Assembly (NCBI GenBank): GCA_017881285.1
Contig: JADGRD010000003.1
Location: 1 to 28,758 of the forward strand
DNA length: 28,758 nt
Direction of reading: 5' to 3'
DNA from: Pseudomonadota bacterium
GTDB lineage: Bacteria; Myxococcota_A; Polyangia; Fen-1088
The translations under genes and the position numbers were made by a program. The number at the start of each line of letters is the position of its first letter. Position 1 is the first letter of the stretch. Shown here piece by piece: positions 24,726-28,758 of the stretch. The notes under the pieces are model-generated. The model searched no databases and had not been told where the DNA came from. It was given only the letters and a program-made list of their open reading frames with translations.

Positions 24726-25561
24726 TCTCGCTCCTTGGCGGCAGTGATCCAGGCAGGCGGCGGGGCGCCAGCGGCAAGCGGCGACATGGCCAGGCCGATG
24801 ACCGCGTCGCAGACCGCGCCTTCTTCGTCGATGAACCAGAGGTTGCAGAGAAGACTCCGTGGTTCGACGCGTGTCGGGACGACGATGCAGCGGCGCTCGC
24901 CAGCCGGGGTCGGCTTCGTCAACACCCGGGCCAGGAAGCCGGTCGGGTACGCCACGATCCCGGCGTACCGTTGTCCCCACACGCAGGCCAGGTGCATGGC
25001 CGCGTCGAACAGGTAGGGGCAGCTCGCCAGCGGGGGGGGGTGTCGCGGTGGCTCGGGGGAACGCACGCGGGCGACGCCGCCGCTCGGCCCCAGGCGAACG
25101 GTCCCGCGCAGATTGCAGTAGCGCGGCCCGAAGGGAATCAGCTCGCGATAGACGCGCTCGGCGGGCAGCTCGAAGGCGCAGGCGAGATCCGCCGGCGGAC
25201 GCGGTGGCGGTGCGATCGGGGCCCCCAGCGTAACTCCGGCATGCACACGCGAGCGGCGCATGTCCCCCACCAGAGCGATCCGCGAGGTCAAGGTCGCACG
25301 CAGGGCGCCGTCGCTTGCTTCCACGGCAATCTCGAAGGTGCAGCGATCGATTTCGTCGGCCGGCAGAAAGCGAGGGAAGCTCACGTCGGTCATGGCCAGG
25401 GGCAGGGGCGGTCGACCGGCCCAACCCTCTTGCCCGGCCACGGTTCGGACCAAGAGCTCGAGCAGCTCGACGGCGGGCACGGTGGCTTTGCCGCCGATGA
25501 CGTGGTCCGCCAGGTCCGGTAACTCGGGCAAGGCGACGGACCAGGCGGCCAGCACGGGCAT
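24722..25561 (-). CDS. Stand-alone type I PKS-like dehydratase (double hotdog), 279 aa; start ATG 25561
   Basis: LADHVIGGKATVPA matches HxxxGxxxxP; YLFDAAMHL matches the DxxxH/Q catalytic motif; FGPRY. TGATG overlap with the upstream thioesterase. Confidence 0.8.
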   Translation of the reverse strand: MPVLAAWSVALPELPDLADHVIGGKATVPAVELLELLVRTVAGQEGWAGRPPLPLAMTDVSFPRFLPADEIDRCTFEIAVEASDGALRATLTSRIALVGDMRRSRVHAGVTLGAPIAPPPRPPADLACAFELPAERVYRELIPFGPRYCNLRGTVRLGPSGGVARVRSPEPPRHPPPLASCPYLFDAAMHLACVWGQRYAGIVAYPTGFLARVLTKPTPAGERRCIVVPTRVEPRSLLCNLWFIDEEGAVCDAVIGLAMSPLAAGAPPPAWITAAKERE

Positions 25562-26040
25562 CACTGGGGAAAGCGCTGGAAGATCCCGACGGTGATCGGA
25601 TCGACCGCGACCGGCCGGCCCTTGCGGTTGGTCGCGCAGTGGCGCGTGAACCCGCGGCACAGCACGCTCCCGTCTTCCGCGTTCGTGATGATGTAGTCGA
25701 AGTCGACCCGCACGGCCGCCAGCTCGCGGAAGCGCGTATGGACGAAGATGGGCGCGTCGTAGTCGATGGGCCGGAAGAAATCGAGGCCGAGCTGGAAGAT
25801 GGGGTAGACGTGGCCATCCGCCTCGACCTGCCGGAGCGGGAAGCCCGCGTCACGCAGCAGGGTCGCGCGCCCGAGCTCGAAGAAGCGGAAGTAGTTGCCG
25901 TGGTAGACGACGCCCGTGCGATCCGTGTCGGCGAAGAGGATGCGATGGGAGACGCGGTGCCAGACCTGCCCGGAAACCTGGTCGCGCACGTAGCGCTGGT
26001 CGGATTCGTAAGGGACGGGCTTGAATTCAGTCGCGCGCAT
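25561..26040 (-). CDS. Acyl-CoA/ACP thioesterase (YbgC/FadM hotdog family), 159 aa
   Basis: RILFADTDRTGVVYHGNYFRFFELGR; FFRPIDYD. Confidence 0.92.
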   Translation of the reverse strand: MRATEFKPVPYESDQRYVRDQVSGQVWHRVSHRILFADTDRTGVVYHGNYFRFFELGRATLLRDAGFPLRQVEADGHVYPIFQLGLDFFRPIDYDAPIFVHTRFRELAAVRVDFDYIITNAEDGSVLCRGFTRHCATNRKGRPVAVDPITVGIFQRFPQ

Positions 26041-27300
26041 CTAGATTCCCCGGAAGATCACGCAGCAGTTCGTGCCCCCGAACCCAAAGGAGTTCGACAG
26101 TGCGAATTCGTGGGGGTGCGGCCGGCTGGTGGCGACGAAGTCGGCGCCCGCGAGCTCGGGATCGGGAAGGTAGTTGAGCGTGGGCAAGACGGTCTGCCGT
26201 TCGAGAGCCATGATCGCGAGCACAGCCTCGACCGCGGCCGCGGCGCCGAGCGAATGGCCGACCTGGCTCTTGTTGGCGGTGATGGGTACGTGGGACAGGC
26301 GGTCGCCGAATATCTCGCGCAGGCAACCCACCTCGACGGCGTCTCCGGAGGGCGTCGAGGTGCCGTGCGCATTCACGCTGCCAATGGCGGCCGCGTCGAT
26401 CTCCGCGTCGGCGAGTGCCTCGCGGATGGCGCGTACGATGGTCGGCTGATGGGGGCGGGTGAAGTGATGCGCGTCCGAGGTCCAGCCGATGCCGGCGACT
26501 TCGGCCGTCGGCGCCAGGCCGTGCGCGGCGACCGCATCCTCGGCGGCCAGGACCACGGCGGCCGCGCCCTCGGCGAGCACGAAGCCGCGCCGGTCCACGC
26601 TGAACGGGCGTGAGGCTTGCCCCGGATCGGCGACGGCCCGGTCCGTGCTGCGCAGCTTGAAGCTGGCGTTCATGTTGGCGAAGCCGAGCACGATCTCGGG
26701 GATGAGCGGCATCTCCACGCCGCCCACCACGGCGAAGTCCACGTCTCCGTCGCGCACCATGCGCGCGCCGAGCGCGATGGCGTGGTTGCCCGAGGCGCAG
26801 GCGCCCTGGGGCGAGAAGATGGGGCCCGTGAAGCCGAGCACGGCGCCGGCCTTGCCCGCGGGCACGTTGGCGCAGATGTTGGGCAGCAGAAAGGGGCTGA
26901 CGCCGTTGGCGCCGATGTTGCCGTAGCGCACGAAGGCCTCGCGCAGGCTATCCGAGCCATTGATGGCCGAGCCGATGAGACAGGCGGTGCGCGGCCCGGT
27001 GCCGTCGTTCATCGGCAGCTTCGCGTCGGCGAGCGCGTCCTGGCAGATGGCCATGGTCTCGATCACGTAGGCGGCGTTCCAGTTGTGCCGCTCCTTCGGC
27101 GTGTCGAAGGCATAGCGGTCGCCCTCGCGTCCCGGCATCTCGCCGACGATCATGGTGGTGCCCACGTTGCAGCGCGAGAGAGGGCGCAGGCCGGACTGGT
27201 TGGCGGCGGCGCGCTCCCAGGTCGCCTCCGCGGTGGCGCCCAGCGCGGTCCTGGCTGAGCGGCCGATGACGAAAACGCGGCGGTTCTTGGGGGCTCTCAT
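26041..27300 (-). CDS. fabF: Beta-ketoacyl-ACP synthase II (FabF family), 419 aa; start corrected to ATG 27300
   Basis: SPQGACASGNHA (Cys), VNAHGTST (His), KSQVGHSLGAA (His), SRPFSVDRRGFVLAEG, NSFGFGGTN. Family-level symbol. Confidence 0.93.
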   Translation of the reverse strand: MRAPKNRRVFVIGRSARTALGATAEATWERAAANQSGLRPLSRCNVGTTMIVGEMPGREGDRYAFDTPKERHNWNAAYVIETMAICQDALADAKLPMNDGTGPRTACLIGSAINGSDSLREAFVRYGNIGANGVSPFLLPNICANVPAGKAGAVLGFTGPIFSPQGACASGNHAIALGARMVRDGDVDFAVVGGVEMPLIPEIVLGFANMNASFKLRSTDRAVADPGQASRPFSVDRRGFVLAEGAAAVVLAAEDAVAAHGLAPTAEVAGIGWTSDAHHFTRPHQPTIVRAIREALADAEIDAAAIGSVNAHGTSTPSGDAVEVGCLREIFGDRLSHVPITANKSQVGHSLGAAAAVEAVLAIMALERQTVLPTLNYLPDPELAGADFVATSRPHPHEFALSNSFGFGGTNCCVIFRGI

Positions 27301-27395
27301 GCGAGGGGTAGGTGGTGTTCTATGGCATGCCGCTGGGCGATTCCGCAAGGCTTCGTTGCGCGAGGCGCAGCGGGCGCCAGCGGCGTAACCTTCGA

Positions 27396-27425
27396 TTGAC
27401 GGCCCAAAAGGGCGCGTGGTAGTGC
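27396..27425 (+). promoter_or_regulatory. Candidate sigma70-like promoter for the ACP3/DH-ligase operon
   Basis: TTGACG (27396-27401), N18, TAGTGC (27420-27425), 28 nt upstream of the ACP ATG. The -10 match is weak. Confidence 0.25.
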
Positions 27426-27452
27426 GAGGAAGCGCGTCTGGAAGCGCCGCAG

Positions 27453-27713
27453 ATGGATCACAGCACGGCCTATAGACTCATCGTCGAATATCTTTCGCAA
27501 CGTTTCGGCGTCCCCCTCGACAAGATCAAGCCCGAGTCCAAGATGTTCGACGACCTCGGGCTCGACAGCATCGATGCTCTCGACATGCTGGCCCTGCTCG
27601 ACAAGCAGTACCGGGTCAAGGTCAACGAGGAGCAGGCCCGGCGCATCCGCACCGTCGAGGATGCCGTGCAGTACGTGCTGGCGAACCTGCCCGCGAACGC
27701 GTCGCCGCCCTGA
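27453..27713 (+). CDS. Acyl carrier protein (ACP 3), 86 aa
   Basis: MFDDLGLDSIDALDML contains the DS motif; RIRTVEDAV. Confidence 0.94.
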   Translation: MDHSTAYRLIVEYLSQRFGVPLDKIKPESKMFDDLGLDSIDALDMLALLDKQYRVKVNEEQARRIRTVEDAVQYVLANLPANASPP

Positions 27714-28758
27714 TGGTCCGCCTCCGGCCGACGCTTGAATTTCGCCGGGGCGGCGAGCTCGTGACCCACGTGGTCGCGTCGCCGGACGCGACCTGGTTCC
27801 AGGGGCATTTTCCCAACGCGCCGCTTCTGCCCGGGGTGGCCATGATGGCCTTGGTCGAGGACTCGCTGCTCCACTTCTGGTCGGACGCGGACCAGCCCGC
27901 GGTCGAGGTGGCATCCTACCGGCGGGTTCGCTTTCGCCAGCGGGTGGAGCCGGGGGCGAACCTGCGCGCGCGCGTACGCCGGATGGACGGGGAGCGCTTT
28001 CGGTTTTCCGTCGAACTGGGCGGAGCGGCGGCGTGCACCGGCGAGTGCAGCGTGAAGTCGCGGGACGGGCAGGAGACTCCAGCCCGGCCGAGCCCGGCCG
28101 AGGGTGCGTGGTCGGGCATCGATCGTTCCGGTCGTGCCCGATTCACCTCGGACGGCGCCACACTGGGCGAGGTGGCGCGGCTGGCGGCCCGATTGTGCGC
28201 GCTCGCCGCGGGTGGTCCGCCAGCCACGGTTTGCGTGGCGTCCGAGGATCGGGTCGAGGTCGCGGCGGCGGTGCTGGCCGCCCTGGCCGGGGGGATCGAG
28301 GCGATCTTCCCGGCCGCGCTGACTGCCGAGGCCGTGGCGGCGACGGGGCCGGCCAGGCCGTTTTCGCACTGGCTGGGGCCGGCCGAGTGGTCGGAGAAAC
28401 TGGCGGGACTGGCGGCGGTTCGCGTTTTGGCCGATGCGTCCTTACGCGCGGGCCCTGCCTTGGATCTGGCGGACCCGGATGTCGCTCGCATATTCCTGCA
28501 AACCGGCGGCACCACTGGGCAGCCGCAGGTTTGGCCCAAGACGGCGCGCAATCTGCTCGACGAGGTGGCGGCGCATGTGCGCGGCCTGCGCGTCGAAGCG
28601 GACGACCACATCCTGGCTACCGTGCCACCACACCATATCTATGGCCTCCTGTTCTCGCTGCTGCTTCCCCTGTGCTCGGGCGCCACGGTCGAACGGATCT
28701 CGCCTTTTTTTCCGCAGGAGATCGCCGAGCGTGTCGCGCGGACGCAGGCGACCATCCT
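27713..28758 (+). CDS. FabZ/ApeI-like dehydratase fused N-terminally to an AMP-binding acyl-CoA/ACP synthetase, 3' truncated (not in ORF track)
   Basis: Manual translation from ATG 27713 (TGATG overlap with ACP3) is open to the window end. It contains WFQGHFPNAPLLPGV and VRFRQRVEPG (hotdog DH), then IFLQTGGTTGQPQVWPK (P-loop/A3-like) and ATVPPHHIYGLLF (ApeH-like adenylation domain). Confidence 0.87.
   Translation, partial: MVRLRPTLEFRRGGELVTHVVASPDATWFQGHFPNAPLLPGVAMMALVEDSLLHFWSDADQPAVEVASYRRVRFRQRVEPGANLRARVRRMDGERFRFSVELGGAAACTGECSVKSRDGQETPARPSPAEGAWSGIDRSGRARFTSDGATLGEVARLAARLCALAAGGPPATVCVASEDRVEVAAAVLAALAGGIEAIFPAALTAEAVAATGPARPFSHWLGPAEWSEKLAGLAAVRVLADASLRAGPALDLADPDVARIFLQTGGTTGQPQVWPKTARNLLDEVAAHVRGLRVEADDHILATVPPHHIYGLLFSLLLPLCSGATVERISPFFPQEIAERVARTQATI

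Noticed and set aside
24726-25853. Apparent 529-aa protein 24264-25853 (possible fusion); likewise the N-terminal extensions of 22895-24082, 15687-19241, 11255-13114, 10768-11379 and 5025-6104
   Set aside because: The extensions overlap other real genes in a different frame and read as low-complexity. Internal starts with stop/start overlaps explain the real proteins.
1-28758. Definitive call as a ladderane or flexirubin/dialkylresorcinol cluster
   Set aside because: Ladderane genes are not biochemically defined and no DarA/DarB-like or FabH-like genes are visible in this window. The product cannot be named from sequence.
1-28758. CRISPR arrays, tRNA/rRNA genes, transposases/integrases
   Set aside because: No regularly spaced repeats, cloverleaf or rRNA signatures, or DDE/tyrosine-recombinase motifs were seen by eye.

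Overview
This is a GC-rich bacterial window occupied almost entirely by one large lipid/polyketide biosynthetic gene cluster that runs off both ends. Taxonomy cannot be fixed from the window alone; the gene complement is compatible with Myxococcota/Deltaproteobacteria. The backbone is a type II FAS/PKS of the aryl-polyene (APE)/flexirubin-like style. It has 4 ketosynthases with intact Cys-His-His triads (one fused to a catalytically dead CLF-like domain), 3 ACPs, a FabG ketoreductase, 3 different hotdog dehydratases (one fused to an AMP-ligase, one resembling a stand-alone type I PKS DH), 2 hotdog thioesterases and an MIO ammonia-lyase. A lipid assembly/export set is also present: GT2, LpxL-like acyltransferase, MMPL-methyltransferase fusion, LolA-like carrier and a lipoprotein. 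Unusually, it also carries FOUR radical SAM enzymes (two B12-binding, two tandem paralogues with an extra Cys cluster motif placed between an ACP and a KS), a phytoene-desaturase-like flavoprotein and a FakA-FakB (DAK2-DegV) fatty-acid-kinase fusion. This combines APE-type machinery with the enzyme classes proposed for ladderane-type lipid clusters, pointing to an uncharacterised radical-tailored, probably aryl-primed membrane lipid. Smaller-scale signals are a REP-like palindrome translated in-frame inside the KS-CLF linker, related elements at 9.1-9.3 kb, and a frameshifted lipoprotein/HEAT-like gene bracketed by 32-bp inverted repeats inside an operon. No rRNA, tRNA, CRISPR or transposase was seen. 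Many long ORFs in the supplied track are GC-rich shadow frames, several starts were corrected, and two real edge genes are missing from the track.
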